Below, piece after piece: positions 26,072 through 40,090 of a DNA stretch of 64,000 nucleotides (its first letter is position 1; each line of letters starts with the position of its first letter). Under the pieces are notes generated by a model. It saw only the letters and a program-made list of their open reading frames with translations. It was not told the origin of the DNA and searched no databases. Made by a program: the position numbers and the translations under genes. The DNA comes from Octopus sinensis (Eukaryota). The DNA lies in contig NC_043003.1 of assembly GCF_006345805.1 (NCBI RefSeq), positions 69,192,001 to 69,256,000 of the forward strand, in the 5' to 3' direction.

Positions 26072-26405
26072 CCGATAGTTAGAGCATCGGGCTCACAATC
26101 ATGAGGTAGAGAGTTCGATTCCTGGACCGGGTTGTGTGTTGTGTTCTTGAGCAAGACACTTTATTTCACGTTGCTCCAGTTCACTCATCTGTAGAAATGA
26201 GCTGCGATATCACTGGTGCCAAGCTGTCTCAGCAGCCTTTACCTTTCTCTTGGATAACATCGATGGCGTATAGAAGGGAGTCTGGTACGCATCGGCGTTT
26301 GCTGGTCTTCCATAAACAACCTTGCCCGGACTTGTGCCTCGGAAGGGAACTTTCTAGGTACAATCCCATGATCAGTCATGACTAAAGGGGGTTCTTTACC
26401 CTTTT
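26072..26405 (+). mobile_element. tRNA-derived SINE with CORE-like central domain
   Basis: B-box GAGTTCGATTCC; TTCTTGAGCAAGACACTTTATTTCACGTTGCTCCAGTTCACTCATCTGTAGAAATGAG resembles the CORE domain. Confidence 0.7.
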
Positions 26406-27364
26406 ACATTCGACAAACCTCATGCATAAATCTATACGTTGCATATTTTTCTGTGTGTCTCTTTGTTTACCATTTTCAGATCAACCAGAAGCAAGCCAAT
26501 TCTATAAATATTTTCCCAGCACAGTAGAGCAAACGAGATTGCTAATGTCACATTATGCAATATCACACCATACAATAACATATATTCTGCTTGATATCAT
26601 TAGTAATATCACACTACATAATTTCATACCACATATCATACCACAAGATATAATAATACATATCATAATATATAATATTATACCACTTAATGTCATATCC
26701 TACCGCATCAGTATCATAACACACATCATAATCACTCAATATCATAGTGTATAATATCATACCAAACACTATCACGATATCATATGATACATCACATCAC
26801 TAATACCATATCACGCGATACAATGTCACACCATAAAAAATTATACCACATGGTATCATAACATATTATATCACAGAACGTCATATCACATGACAGTATT
26901 TTAATGGATGCAAGGTGGCAAATTTCATCTCAGCATGAGTGCAGAAGGCCAATATGCATCTGGAGGTCTCGTCACCCGCTGTAGTCACCATGTTCGTCTT
27001 CCTCCGATATATATCCCGTGTTTTTAAACACAGCACGTTCATAATAAATGTTATCTCTTAATGGATATCGCAGTAAATTCTACTTTCGACTATGTATTTA
27101 CATTAAATATGATACGTAAATAATTATCTTAATTTAACACGTGTGTATATTCTATAATAACAGTTTATTCTGCTCCATGCAGCTTAAAGTCTCGTAGGCT
27201 CCGGTCAAATGAACCTATGTCGTCAGGCTCAGTTGCAGGAAACAGAATTAGACTGTTATTAAACATTTTATGTAACTCTTAGCAAATGAGTTGAGTGCCA
27301 CTTTCATTCGTTTTTGTCCACTAATTCTTATACATGTGTGTATGTGTGTGCATGTGTGTGTGCG

Positions 27365-27488
<124 letters not shown>

Positions 27489-28144
27489 CGCGTGTACGTG
27501 CGTATCATTCTGGCTTGATGCTTAGGTCTAATTTCTTAAAATCGAGAGAAACGAAGATTAATTATTATGCAAAGCGTGTCGCGATCTCATTTAGCTGTCA
27601 TTTTCTTGCTCAACGGTAATTATCCAACACACTGCAACTTTTAAGTGTCTATTATAATTAATAGCCACAAATAGGCCTCTTTTCGTGTCAGAAGTGTGAG
27701 AAGAAGGATAAAGCAGTATGAGAAACAGAGAAGGAATTTTAGAATGCGAGTTGTGAGTTTTCTAATTGAGAATGTACAATAACTGTTTTAATTCGCTTTC
27801 CAAGGAGTGCATGTGCGGTTGAGAGAGAAAGAGAGCGAGTGTGAGTGAATGAGAGTGAGAGTGTGAGATGGAGAGGGGGAAGGAGACACTTATAAGAGGG
27901 AGAGATTAAGAAAACAGAGCGACACTTCCAAACAACATGAGAGGGTGGGTAGGGGCCTCAATGGTAATTAAGTGTTTTCTATAAACGTGTTAATTTGCCT
28001 TCTATGAAATATATACAAGGTCACACCTACTTAATGTCAGTTTTAATTTAATCATACCTCATTAGTAACATTAATTCCAGAGAGACGCATACATTACAAA
28101 AAATTCACACAGATGACACCATACATACATACATACATACATAG

Positions 28145-28302
28145 GTACAGGTGTGATTGTGTGGTAAGAAATTTGCTTTTCAACCATATGGTTCCAGGTT
28201 CAGCCCTATTGCGTGGTACCTTGGACATATGTCCCTTATTATAGCCTCAGGCTTATTAATGGACTAGGTAGACGGAAACTGAAAGAAGCCCGTCATATTT
28301 GT

Positions 28303-28357
<55 letters not shown>

Positions 28358-28700
28358 CGTTTTTATCAACACCACTAACAACCGGTGTTGGTGTGTTTAT
28401 GTCGGTTAAGAAGCTCGCTTTGCACCCCTGGGGTTTCGAATTCAGTCTCCCTGTGCAGACCTGGCTAGACCAATGGTATACGGAAACTGTATGAAACCCC
28501 AACGAATGTATATATGTGAGTGCTCGCCTTTATGTCTGTATTTGTTTTCGACCCACTGCTTGACAATCGATGTTGGCTTGTTTATTTCCCTGTAATTTAA
28601 TCGTTCGGCAAAAGAGAGCAATGTTGTAAGTGCCACACTATAAAATAAATACTGGCGTCGGGCCGTTCGACTGAGACCCTTCCGTGTGGTACCCCGGTTG
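28145..28700 (+). mobile_element. Degenerate and nested family B SINE pieces
   Basis: GTGTGGTAAGAAATTTGC..GGTTCAG..GACGGAAACTGAAAGAAGCCCGTC and tail CTTGACAATCGATGTTGG..TTCGGCAAAAGAGA. Confidence 0.65.
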
Positions 28701-29429
28701 GTTGCAGTCCAATGGCTACAACTAATTAAAGGGAGAGAGAGAGAGAGAGAGACACCCAACATAGCGCTTTGTATAATTTCAGAGTGGGAAATATTAATTT
28801 TGATGCAAACTATAGCTTAAATTAAACTTCAAATTAACCAAAAATTCAGAGTAATACATTATTAACAAATATTTGTCATCGCGTAGTTACAAACCACAGA
28901 ATATCTAAAAGACTTTCTAGTTTGTGCCTGGAAATAAATCATTTATTAGACAATTTAAAATAATGACATTCTAATCATGGGGATAATTCCAATTGATAAG
29001 CGCTAATTTTCGACTCTGTTAAATATGATAGCTTACACGTAGCTGTATTTTCTTGTTGCAGAAGGACATCTACGAAATTTTTCCAGTGTTATTATTTAAT
29101 ATTGATTAATCGTTGAATTATTTCTCACAGCCAAACTATAAATTCTTCAAATTATTTTGATTAAGTCACGTTAATCAAGAATTATTTTCGGCTCACTATA
29201 TTAAGTATGGTAGCGTGTATCTCACTGTGTGTGCACATGTATATGAAAGAGAAGAGTGAAAATGAAACACAGGACAGATCGATCGATAGATTAGATTGAT
29301 ACATGTATTTTGAAGGCATGCATATATATGTATGCTTGTGATTTTTAATGCATATTTGTGTATTTAAGCTAGGTTTTGAATCAAAATTAATATCTGCTGC
29401 ACTGAAATTATACAAAACGCAATGTTGGA

Positions 29430-29944
29430 TATCTGGCATAACTGCAGATTTCTGCTCGCCCCCGACTTTAGATGATCATAACTTTCAGAACAATGGATAT
29501 TTTTAAATAAAATGTTCTACGAATATGTTATGTCGCGTAGATTCCGAATATACAAAACTTTGTGGGGAAAACGTTTTAGGAGGAGCTGGGATTCTCAAAA
29601 TTAACCCTAATTGCTCCCCCACCACCACCACCACCACCAAAAACAATTCCTATTTTGTCGGAATCTATATCGTCCGAGGTATATTTGTAGAGAATTTCAT
29701 TAAAAAATATCCATTTTCTAGAAAGCTAAGACGAACTGAATTGGACTCCGGTGAATTTTCCGAAATTCTTCACCCTACCCCTCCTAAAACACTCCCCACT
29801 CAAAAAAATTATGTATATTCGGAATCTACATGATATATCCCATATTCGTAGAAAATTTCATTAAAAGATATCCATTTTTCTGAAAGTTAGGATCATCCAA
29901 AGTCGGTGGGGGGGGAGGTCAGAAATCTGTAGTTATGCCGGATA
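29430..29944. mobile_element. MITE with ~125-bp imperfect terminal inverted repeats
   Basis: TATCTGGCATAACTGCAGATTTCTG...GTAGATTCCGAATATAC (29430-29553) mirrored by GTATATTCGGAATCTAC...CAGAAATCTGTAGTTATGCCGGATA (29813-29944). Confidence 0.85.
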
Positions 29945-30046
29945 TCTATCTGTCTATCTATCTGCATTGCGTAAAAGATATTTTCAAAATTTTTTAAATA
30001 AACTCATTTAGTCACATAGATTAATAGATTAATATATATATATAAA

Positions 30047-31207
30047 TACTAGCATTAAAGGCCCGTCGTTGCCGGGTCATAGTGCTAGTGCATGTATATA
30101 TGTGTATATATATGCGTACATATTACATGTACATCTGTATATATACATCTACACATAAAATACAAAATACAAAGTTATATCTTGATATCGCTAGTGATAA
30201 CAATACTCAAAATATATAACAGACTGGAATTGTTAGCCCGTCTCTTGTAATTTTGTCCTCCCTCTTGTATAGAAGTGTGGCTACAATCCAGCCTACCTCT
30301 ACTTCGGGGGGGGGCATTTTTAATTTTTATCCGGGACGTCCTACGTCCCAGATATAAAGGTAGAAATAAAATATTTCCACTTTGCAAGTTCGAGTCGAGT
30401 ACTCCCTTGCACGCTCCATTGACTCGAACCTTGCTTCTATTGTGGCGAATTTACCGCGTCTGGTTAGATACCTTTCATAGTCGCTTTCCTCCATGTGTTC
30501 AAATCTTCTTTTTTCTCTACATTGTATACTTTATAGACAATAGACTTTTCTTTAATTTAATTTTTTATTATCCATCTGGACTATTCCATTTCTGCACGCT
30601 AATTTTATTTTTAATTAATTCCCATTCATGTGAAACCACTTATTCAAGTTCAAGTCATTGATGCAATTTTATACCAATTGCTATTTTTACTTTTGGTATG
30701 TTACGATTATATTATACTTTAGTTTGATTTTAATTATTACTTACTACATATAATTCAATTGTTATTATTATTTTTATTGTTAAAGTGAAAGTATCTGACA
30801 TAAAACAGAGAAACGTTTTTGTTTCACTTTTAACACGTAATACTGAAATAGTAGAGAAGATATGATATTGCTATGGGCTCGCTCTAGGCAAGAAGTTGAA
30901 CATTTTTTTGCCCACGAAACTACATAGACCCTAAGTAAGGCATGTGTAAAATTTGAATGGAATTGGTTGTGTAGTTCTCAAGTTTTAGGGAATCGTAGTG
31001 GAGAAGATATGATATTGCTGTGGGCTCGCCCAAGGCAAAAAGTTAAGTATTTTATTTGCTGATGACACTCCCCGGACCCTAAGTAAGGCATGTGTAAAAT
31101 CTGAATGAAATTGGTTGTGTAGTTCTCAAGTTTTAGGGAAACACACAGACAGACAGACAGACACACACACACACACACACACATTCTCAGTTTTATATAT
31201 ATAAAGA
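30047..31207 (+). mobile_element. DINE-1/HINE-like element with internal tandem duplication
   Basis: 5' TACTAGC..GGCCCGTCGTTGCCGGG; 3' AAAAT(T/C)TGAATG.AATTGG, (GACA)(CA) tract, TTTTATATATATAAAGAT end. Confidence 0.65.
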
Positions 31208-31417
31208 TATATATATATACACATATAGGCTAGTGATGGAAGCGATGATCTCCCCTCGCAAATACTAATCGGACACTGGATGTGTGTCGTTAGCCAGCTG
31301 GGGGAGGTGTCTTCCTGGGGCTATAATCATCAGTAGCATTGTCCTTTAAAAAATGCCACACACTGCTACTGTCCACATTTCGCTCAGTGATTTAATATAA
31401 CATCCTCTCTCTTCATA

Positions 31418-31461
<44 letters not shown>

Positions 31462-32399
31462 AATAAGAAAATGGAGGGGATCAAGAGGTGGTATTCATCA
31501 ACGTTTAGACATATTATGTCTATTTATTTATTTAGTTTTTATAAAAACAATTATAACAATATACATACATGTATAACATATTATGCTTTACATATATAAT
31601 ATATAAAATATGAAAATACCAGTAATTATTAAAATATGTAACGTAGACCATACAAAGTAGAATAGTATCTTACAGTGTTTAGTTACTAAATTAACGAACC
31701 AACTCAATATATATCCTTATATATCCTCTTTTATATATATATATACCAACATATTACTAAATTGTTGTTATTTATCGCTAAAATTATGTTTAAATTTTTT
31801 TATCTGACAAAATGCCTCAAATGCAAGACTCTATGTAATATACCTGCATAATTATCACATATTATATAATACAATACAGTATAACAACAATAATAACTCG
31901 CAAAATAATAATTATTATTATGTCAGTAGGGGTATTTTAATACTAGATTCTAGTGGTATTTGGAAAAGGTATGCCCAATTTTATGAAGACAGGAAACGTT
32001 GTGTTCCTTAAAGCTGTTAATAAGCGGAATTTTAGTCTCAATTATAAAGAAAATTTCGTTAATATATAACATACATTTTCTATTTTTAATATTATATGCA
32101 GGTGCTGTTGTAAATATTTTCCAATTTAAATTATAGTTCATTCCTCCATCCTTAAGTTCTCATTTATAGCTACTTAACCCTGTAGAATTTCTCCTATTTC
32201 TGCTTCTAAATGTATAGTTATGATAATTAAGTCTCTGTTTTATATTCTTTTTTGTCGCAACCATATATACTTTGCTGTCATGTTATTACTTATTCTACAA
32301 ACATATGTTCTGTGTGGCTGTGTAGGGTTTGTTATTGGGGTTGACAGTTATATTATTAGTTCTGTGGCTATTGTTGATCCCAATAATGTTATTATTGCT

Positions 32400-32547
32400 T
32401 ATACTATTGTGATCATTAATGTTAGTATTATTACTATTAGTATTTACACTTCCATTTTTGCTGTTATTAATATTATTATTTTTATTTTTATTTTTATTTT
32501 TATTTTTATTTTTATTATTATTATTATTGTTGTTGTTGTTGTTGTTA

Positions 32548-32621
<74 letters not shown>

Positions 32622-32650
32622 TTCACTATTATTATAGTTGTTATTATTTA
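32400..32650. repeat. (ATT)n/(GTT)n/(ATTTTT)n compound microsatellite
   Basis: Directly visible. Confidence 0.95.
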
Positions 32651-33067
32651 TATCTATATTACTTATATTAATTTTCTACTTAGATAGGTGTCTAGTTTTC
32701 TATTGTTAATTGAGGAGATGATGGTAGCTAGGTTATGTGTTAGACTATACTCTATTCTTATTGTTTTGTTATTGATTATCTCTCAATATTTGTTTTTTTC
32801 CTTTTGTAAAATGTTTGTTAATTAAACTAAAAATTGTTTTTACTATGTTATTCTTGATTTTTTTATTGCTGTATAAATTAAGGGTAAAACAACTTTTTAC
32901 GCTCACCCATTTATTACATTCAGTAATTAATTACCATGCAATGAAAAAACACTTGTATATTAATAATTGGGTATTCTAACAGCAGTATATTGGATAAATA
33001 TTATATCTTAGTTGGTTGGATTCACAACCTCTATCTCTCTTGGAAATATATATATATAGATAGATAT

Positions 33068-33450
33068 TAGTGATACCTCGAAGCACGAGTTTAATTCGTT
33101 CCATGACCGAGCTCGTCTTACGATTTACTCGTTTTACAAATCAATTTTCCACATTGAAATTAATTAAAATATAATTAATCCGTTCCAGCCTCCCAAAACC
33201 ACTCAAAAATAATGTTTTTATGGGTTTTTGAAACAGAAAAGGTGGAGTTACAAGTAAAATGGCAATTGTAAAAAATTGTCAAAAAAGAGAATGCCAAAGG
33301 AATATTTAACTGGTTTTATTAAGAGAATTACCGATTTTTGCGTCGTACTGCGGATTTCCGCTCGTACTTCAAGACAAAACTTCGCACGAGTTTCGGCTCG
33401 TAGAGCAAATTACTCGTATAGTGGGGCACTCGTAGTGCGTAGTTCTGCTG
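33068..33450. mobile_element. pogo/Tigger-like MITE
   Basis: Left end TAGTGATACCTCGAAGCACGAGTTTAATTCGTTCC; degenerate mirrored right end CTCGTAGTGCGTAGTTCTGCTG; repeated CTCGTA motifs. Confidence 0.55.
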
Positions 33451-33509
33451 AATATATAAAATTCATATAGCATATATATATATTATACACACACACACAC
33501 ACATACGTA

Positions 33510-33610
<101 letters not shown>

Positions 33611-33963
33611 AATCTCTCATCGAGATATAAACAGTAGCCGCACGACATTGTGAAGTAAATTTGCCACCTAAATGTGGCTAACACTTAAGAGTCGACGCTA
33701 CTGTAGCTTGTAGCCCCATGTGTGTGCTTTGTTTTTTTTCCCCACCACCACTACTGGATAACCGGTGTTAGCTTGTTTACGGTCCCGTAACTTAGCAATT
33801 CGACAAAAGAGACCCACAAAGTAAAAATAGTACTGAGGTCGATTTTTTTTACTAACCTCTTCAAAGCGGTCCCACAGCTTGGCCGTACACACACACACAC
33901 ATACATAGATATATATATATATATATATATATATACGTACATACATATTAACCTTTGCGTACG

Positions 33964-34026
33964 TTTGCACATACATATTTGCACATACATATTTGCACAT
34001 ACATATTTGCACATACATATTTGCGC
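33964..34026. repeat. 14-bp minisatellite (ATTTGCACATACAT) x~4.5
   Basis: Directly visible. Confidence 0.9.
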
Positions 34027-34458
34027 ATGCTAACTGTGTATGCAGCCATTGGTTGATGTACTGCACGTCATTAAGCAGACACACATGCACACACATTAAC
34101 ATATATTTGTGCACATGTATGCGTATGCTAGATGCCCTATTTGCGCGAGCGCGCGAATATGCATTCTTTGTATGTATTAACGATTTTTCTCTAAGACTTA
34201 TTTAAGTCCTTCGCAGATTTAACGGCTGTCACTCATAAATTGACGAGGATTTTTTTCTTATTTTTGCTTTAAACAAGCCTGTTTCAAAGATTCGTGAATG
34301 CGTAAGATACTGTATGCATATATCTAGTATATGTATGTTGATTCTCCTATATATAAGTGTGTGTGTCATTATCCCCCTATACGTGTGTGATTATTTTTGC
34401 ATGTCTCATTTTTACACGACTGTGTATGCTTCATTATTCTCTATTATTCTCTGTATTA

Positions 34459-34671
34459 AGGCAGCGAGCTGGCAGAAACGTTCGCACGATGGGTGAAATG
34501 CTTAGTGGTATTTTGTCTGTCTTTATGTACTGAGTTCAAATTCCGCCGAGGTCGACTTTGCCTTTCATCCTTTCGAAGTCGCTAAATTAAGTACCAGTTG
34601 CATACTGGGGCCGATCTAATCGACTGGCCATCTCCCCAACAATTTCAGGCCTTGTGCCTAGAGTAGAAAAG

Positions 34672-34724
<53 letters not shown>

Positions 34725-35068
34725 GCGGTGAGCTGGCAGAAACGTTAGCACGCCGGGCGAAATGCGTAGCCATATTTCGTCTGCCGCTACGTTCTGAGTT
34801 CAAATTCCACCGAGGTCGACTTTGCTTTTCATCCTTTCAGGGTCGATAAATTAAGTACCAGTTACGCACTGGGGTCGATGTAATCGACTTCATCCGTTTG
34901 TCTGTCCTTGTTTGTCCCCTCTGTGTATAGCCCCTTGTGGGTAGTAAAGAAATAGGTATTTTCTCAGCCATTACGTTCTGAGTTCAAATTCCGTCAAAGT
35001 TGACTATGCCTTTCATCCTTTAGGGGTCAATAAATTAAGTACCAGTTACGTACTGGGGTCGATCTAAT
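34459..35068 (+). mobile_element. Head-to-tail array of three family A SINEs
   Basis: GCGGTGAGCTGGCAGAAACGTTAGCACGCCGGGCGAAATGC head; B-box-like GAGTTCAAATTCC three times; (ATT)n between copies 1 and 2. Confidence 0.9.
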
Positions 35069-35195
35069 ATATACTTACGTATATATACTTACATTTATAC
35101 CTAGTCAAAAGGTGATATCTAGGGATGCTGAATATAAAAAATACGTAGTAGTGCTCAAATGATTTGAACTATTGTCATATGTGTATGTATGTGGG

Positions 35196-35245
<50 letters not shown>

Positions 35246-35249
35246 ATGA

Positions 35250-35390
35250 CAAGCTTCTTTCAGTTTCCATCATATCCACCCACATGGCTTTGATCAGCTC
35301 AGGGCTATAGTGGTTGCCCAAGGTGTCATGCATTGGGACTGAGCACGGAAACGTGGTTGGAAAGTAAACGTCTCACCACACAGCCACGTC
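35250..35390 (-). mobile_element. Family B SINE head
   Basis: CTTCTTTCAGTTTCC...CACCACACAGCCAC. Confidence 0.7.
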
Positions 35391-35886
35391 TATGACTATG
35401 TATGTATATATGTAAATATGTTAGTATGTATGCATGTATGTATGTATGTATTTTCATTTTTTCCTTTTAATTGTAAGTCAATTTTTTCCGGCCCACCTGC
35501 TTGCTAACAAGGTTGTGCAAGTAATCGTCTTGTTTTGTTCATCATCCTTTAAATCTTAAGATTTCGCGGGTCTTTATTATCTTAGACATCATGATCATTT
35601 ATGCGCCTAATTCAGTAAAATTATGAAGGTTACTCTGATTACTATGCATAAAATGCAAAATATTTTATTGCTATGTAGATTAGGTAGGCACAATTCGTCC
35701 CTACCTTTCAATCTCAGTATTAAAACTACGCATAGTACTGCTGTAGTACACATGCTGTGTACATTCCTACAACAACGTTTTCTTTACACGTTATAAAAGC
35801 GGAAGTAAATCTGCCTACAACTCAGTCACGCGCATGTGTTTCGCTTATCTATTTTGTGTGTGTGTGTGCGTGTGTGTGTGTGTGTG

Positions 35887-35917
<31 letters not shown>

Positions 35918-36249
35918 ACTACATAAAAGTCACCAACTGCCTACCCTGAGTAATTACTGACAGCACGTGCTTGATTTGTACGTATTCTGTTCTTTCGGTG
36001 ATAATAGTTATAAAAATTGAAAGTGTATTTTGGGTAGTAGGTTTGTAAACTTCTTAACAATGGTTTTTCAGCGTTTTCTTTCTCCAGAAATTTTCTGGTG
36101 TCCAGAGTGCAGCTGATTTTCGTAACAGGTCATAATTCTTTCTTATGGTTCCACAGAATGGTATATGGATGGTTGTATTTTAACTTGGTGGTTGTTTTAA
36201 TTTTTAACTTCCGTTAATATTATTTTGACTCATCTTCTTAATATCGTTA

Positions 36250-36420
36250 ACTTTGTGATATTTTCTTCTTTTTTTTTTTCGTATCATATTCCAGACTGTT
36301 CTGGCAACCGTATCATGCCTCATGGGAAGATAATATCTCGATAACATTCTCTCGCAGTTGGCAATTATGTGATGGACGTTTTCGGTTTTAGTTTTGCACA
36401 GTCGACATTTGTTGTCTATC
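36250..36420 (-). pseudogene. R4-type LINE CCHC knuckle fragment
   Basis: DNKCRLCKTKTENVHHIIANCERMLSRYYLPMRHDTVARTVWN; similar to the 20527 fragment. Confidence 0.8.
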
Positions 36421-36421
36421 A

Positions 36422-36517
36422 ATTTATGTACGTATGCATGAATGTATGTATGTATGTATGCATATGTGTGTATGCATGTATGTATGTGTGTATGTATGTA
36501 TGCACACTTGCATTTAT

Positions 36518-36549
<32 letters not shown>

Positions 36550-36950
36550 GTATGTATGTATGTATGCATACACTATGCAGTTATGTATATATGCATGTGT
36601 GTATGTATGTATGAATGTATGTATGCACGTATGCATTTATATGTATATGTATGTGTGTATGTATGTATTCATACACGTATGCATTCATGTATATGTGTAT
36701 GTATGTATGTATGTATGCGTGTGTGTATGTGTATGTATGTGTGTGTATGTATATATGTATGTGTGTGTATGTATGCATATACGTGTGCATTTATGTATAT
36801 ATGTATATATGTATGTATGCATGCATACACTATGCATTTATGTAAGTATAGATGTATGTATGTATGTATGTATGTATGTATGTATGTATGTATGCATACA
36901 TGAATGTGTGTATACACGTATGCATTGATGTATGTATATATGAATGTATG
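36422..36950. repeat. Degenerate (TATG)n/(TG)n microsatellite
   Basis: Directly visible. Confidence 0.93.
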
Positions 36951-38127
36951 TAAGTAAAGAATAAAACGACTAGAAATCATTTTTAACGGAAACTGGAAAT
37001 AGTTTAAGCAAACGTAAATGGAAGCATACAATGCATTCTCCAGAGAAGAAAACCAAATTATTGCCGCTCACAAATTACCCTGCGAACCAAAAACCATGGT
37101 TATTTTCCTCCTCATCATATAGTAACCCTATTGTTAAGTTTCCAGCAAAACGAATGAATGATATACGGACTAGCTCAATTAAATGGTACACTGGAGTTTT
37201 TCACAATGTTCCAGACTAAGATATAATGAGAGGAATGGAAATTAAAAATGGTTTTATTAGAGAAGAGAGAACAGAGTGAGTCGTATGTACGTTCGAAGCC
37301 AATAATGTTTTACCTGTAGTTTTTTTTTTTTTGGGGGGGGGGCTTTTTTTATTTCCGTGTTTTTTTTTTTTTGTTTTTTGTTTTTAATTTGTGTGGTTGT
37401 TTATTGTTTTGCTTTGTCTTGTCTTTTTTTTTCTATTTTGCTCTTGAAGATGCTGGTGATGAAGTTGAATAACTTTTAATAGCGGGATGGCTTGTAGAAA
37501 CTTGGTGACTGCACCACTCGCCTTCAGTGTTTCGTCGTTGCCCATAGGAACGCAGGAGGTGTGTGTATGTATGTGTGTGGGGGGAGGTATGTATGAGTAT
37601 GAATGCGACTATGTGTATGAGTGTGTTTTCGTATATCCGTGAGTTTACAATCAGTGAAGGAAAAAATGTGCTCCAACAAAAGTAGAGAGTAAATATCTAT
37701 CGTAGGGTCTTACATTACTCTCTGTTGCTACTCAGGGCTTTGCATTTAAGCATACACACACATGCACACACGCACACATGCACACACATACACGCACAAC
37801 AGCTGTGCGTGCGCACACACACATATACATACGTAGAATAAATTTTTAAAATATTTACATATATGAGTGGTGGAGAATGTGTATGTATATATATATACAT
37901 ATATATATAAATAGAGAGAGAGAGAGAGAGAGAGAGAAACAGACAGACAGACAGACAGACAAAGAAAGAAAGAGAAAAGCAGACAGACTGACGGACAGAC
38001 AGACTGACAGACAGGCAGACAGGCAGACGGACAGACATCCAGATAGACAGACAGAGAAACTGAGAGAGAGCGAGAGAGGGAGAGAGAGGGGGTGAGAGAG
38101 CGGGGAGAAAGAGAGAAAGAATGATAA

Positions 38128-38172
<45 letters not shown>

Positions 38173-38340
38173 AGGAGGGAGGGAGGGAGGGAGGTAAGGA
38201 GGAAGAGAGGGAGGGAAGGGAGGAGGGATGGGTTGATTGATGGATGGATAGATAGAGAGATAAATAAACAGATATATGGCTATATACTAAACTACAAAAG
38301 TGCTCGTTTCATTACTCTTTGTGTGTGTGTGTGTGTGTGT

Positions 38341-38376
<36 letters not shown>

Positions 38377-38945
38377 TGTATGTTTGTTCGTTTGTTCTTT
38401 TATTGGATAGTTCAAAGCATTTCTGGGCTTTTATACGAAACTGGCGATACATAACCAAGTGTCTCTATGAGAACAGATACAAATGCAGGCCTATAACCTG
38501 GACAAAGAGCTGTATGTTTGTCGTTAGTTCTCCATAGATGTAGGTAGGTAGGTAGGTAGGTAGGTAGGTAGGTAGGTAGGTAGGTAGGTAGGTAGGTAAG
38601 TAGGTAGGTAGGCAGGCATGCACGCATGCATGTCACTGTTTAGTTTTATGTCAAGAGCAATGACATGCATGCCTACATATATACATACATACATATATAC
38701 ATGCTTGCCTACATACATACATACCCACCTATCTATCTGTCTATTTATCTATCTATCTAATATTTCTATCTGTCTATGTAAAGAATTGAATAAGAGAAAA
38801 TGGACTGAACGACATTCTTTATTTCAAATCAACAATTGTGGTGAATTAAAATATAGAATGTATATCCAGTAACAAAACTATTCTCACTAGGTGATGACAT
38901 CCGCTAGCCAATATCTGGGGAAGAACTTTGCACTGCATACAAGGT

Positions 38946-39250
38946 GGAGGCACATAGCCTAGTGGTTAGAGCAGCGGACTCGCGGTCGAGGGATGCGGAT
39001 TCGAATCTCAGACCGGGCGATGTGTGTGTTTATGAGCGAATCACCTAAACTCCACGCGACTCCAGCAGAAGGTAATGGCGGACTTCTGCTGACTCTTTCG
39101 CCACAACTTTCTCTCACACTTTCCTCCTGCATCTTGCAGTTCACCTGCGACGGACCGGCGTCCTGTACAGGTGGGGAACCTATGCTCCAAGGAAACCGGG
39201 AAACCGGCCTTTATGAGCGAGGCATGGCTCGGGAAGGAACAAACAACAGC
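38946..39250 (+). mobile_element. tRNA-derived SINE with V-domain-like body
   Basis: A-box TAGCCTAGTGG, B-box GGATTCGAATC; CCTGCGACGGACCGGCGTCCTGTACAGG resembles the V-SINE/HE1-type domain. Confidence 0.7.
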
Positions 39251-39632
39251 ATACAAGATATTTTTTTCAACTTTTATCCAAATTTTATTCAACTATATGT
39301 ATATGTATGTGTACCTGTGTGTGTGGATGAATGGATAGATATGTGTATATATATGGTTTCTTTTTCTTTCGTTTGCTTGACATAAGGTGACTAGGATATT
39401 TGCTGCTGAAGAAGCTAGAAAGCATAAATCCGGATCTAGCAACTTCGCTACCAACGGCTGGTTATCTTCGCTTGAAGCTGATATGTTTTACTTGTGTTTT
39501 TAACTCTAAATGTCTATAACGTATACTTTCTCGAGTCGCATACAGCAGTTTAGAAGGCTTTCAACATATCATTAATATGCATGCGCAGAAAGGCAGCAAG
39601 CTGGCATATTAGAATATTATATTTAACAAGAA

Positions 39633-40035
39633 AGCGGTGTGCTGGCAGAATCGGGCGAAATGCTTAGCGGTATTTCATTTCGTTCTGAGTTCAAATTCCG
39701 CCGGGGTCGACTTTGCCTTTCATCATTTCGGAGTCGATTAAATAAGTATCAGTTACGCACTGGAGTCGATATAATCGACTTAATCCGTTTGTCTGTCCTT
39801 GTTTGTCCTCTTTGTGTTTAGCCCCTTGTGGGCAATAAAGAAATAACAATTGTTAGCACGCCGAGCGAAATGCTTAGCGGTATTTTGTCTGTCTTTACGT
39901 TCTGGGTTCAAATTCCGTCGAGGTCGACTTTGCCTTTCATCCTTTCGGGCTCGATAAATTTAGTACCAGTTGCGTACTGGGGTCGATTTAATCGACTGGC
40001 CACCTCCCCAAAAATCTCGGGCCTACAGCAGAAAA
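39633..40035 (+). mobile_element. Two tandem family A SINEs
   Basis: Same sequence blocks as 34459-35068. Confidence 0.88.
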
Positions 40036-40052
40036 GAATATATGCATGGGTA

Positions 40053-40090
<38 letters not shown>

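Noticed and set aside
38946-39020. tRNA genes (also 41836, 26072, 63759)
   Set aside because: A/B boxes are present, but acceptor stems do not close and each continues into a SINE body.
39205-39240. TTTATGAGC..GGCTCGGGAA in the V-like SINE tail resembling a hammerhead stem II
   Set aside because: Both core segments deviate; more likely the ordinary LINE-derived 3' stem-loop.
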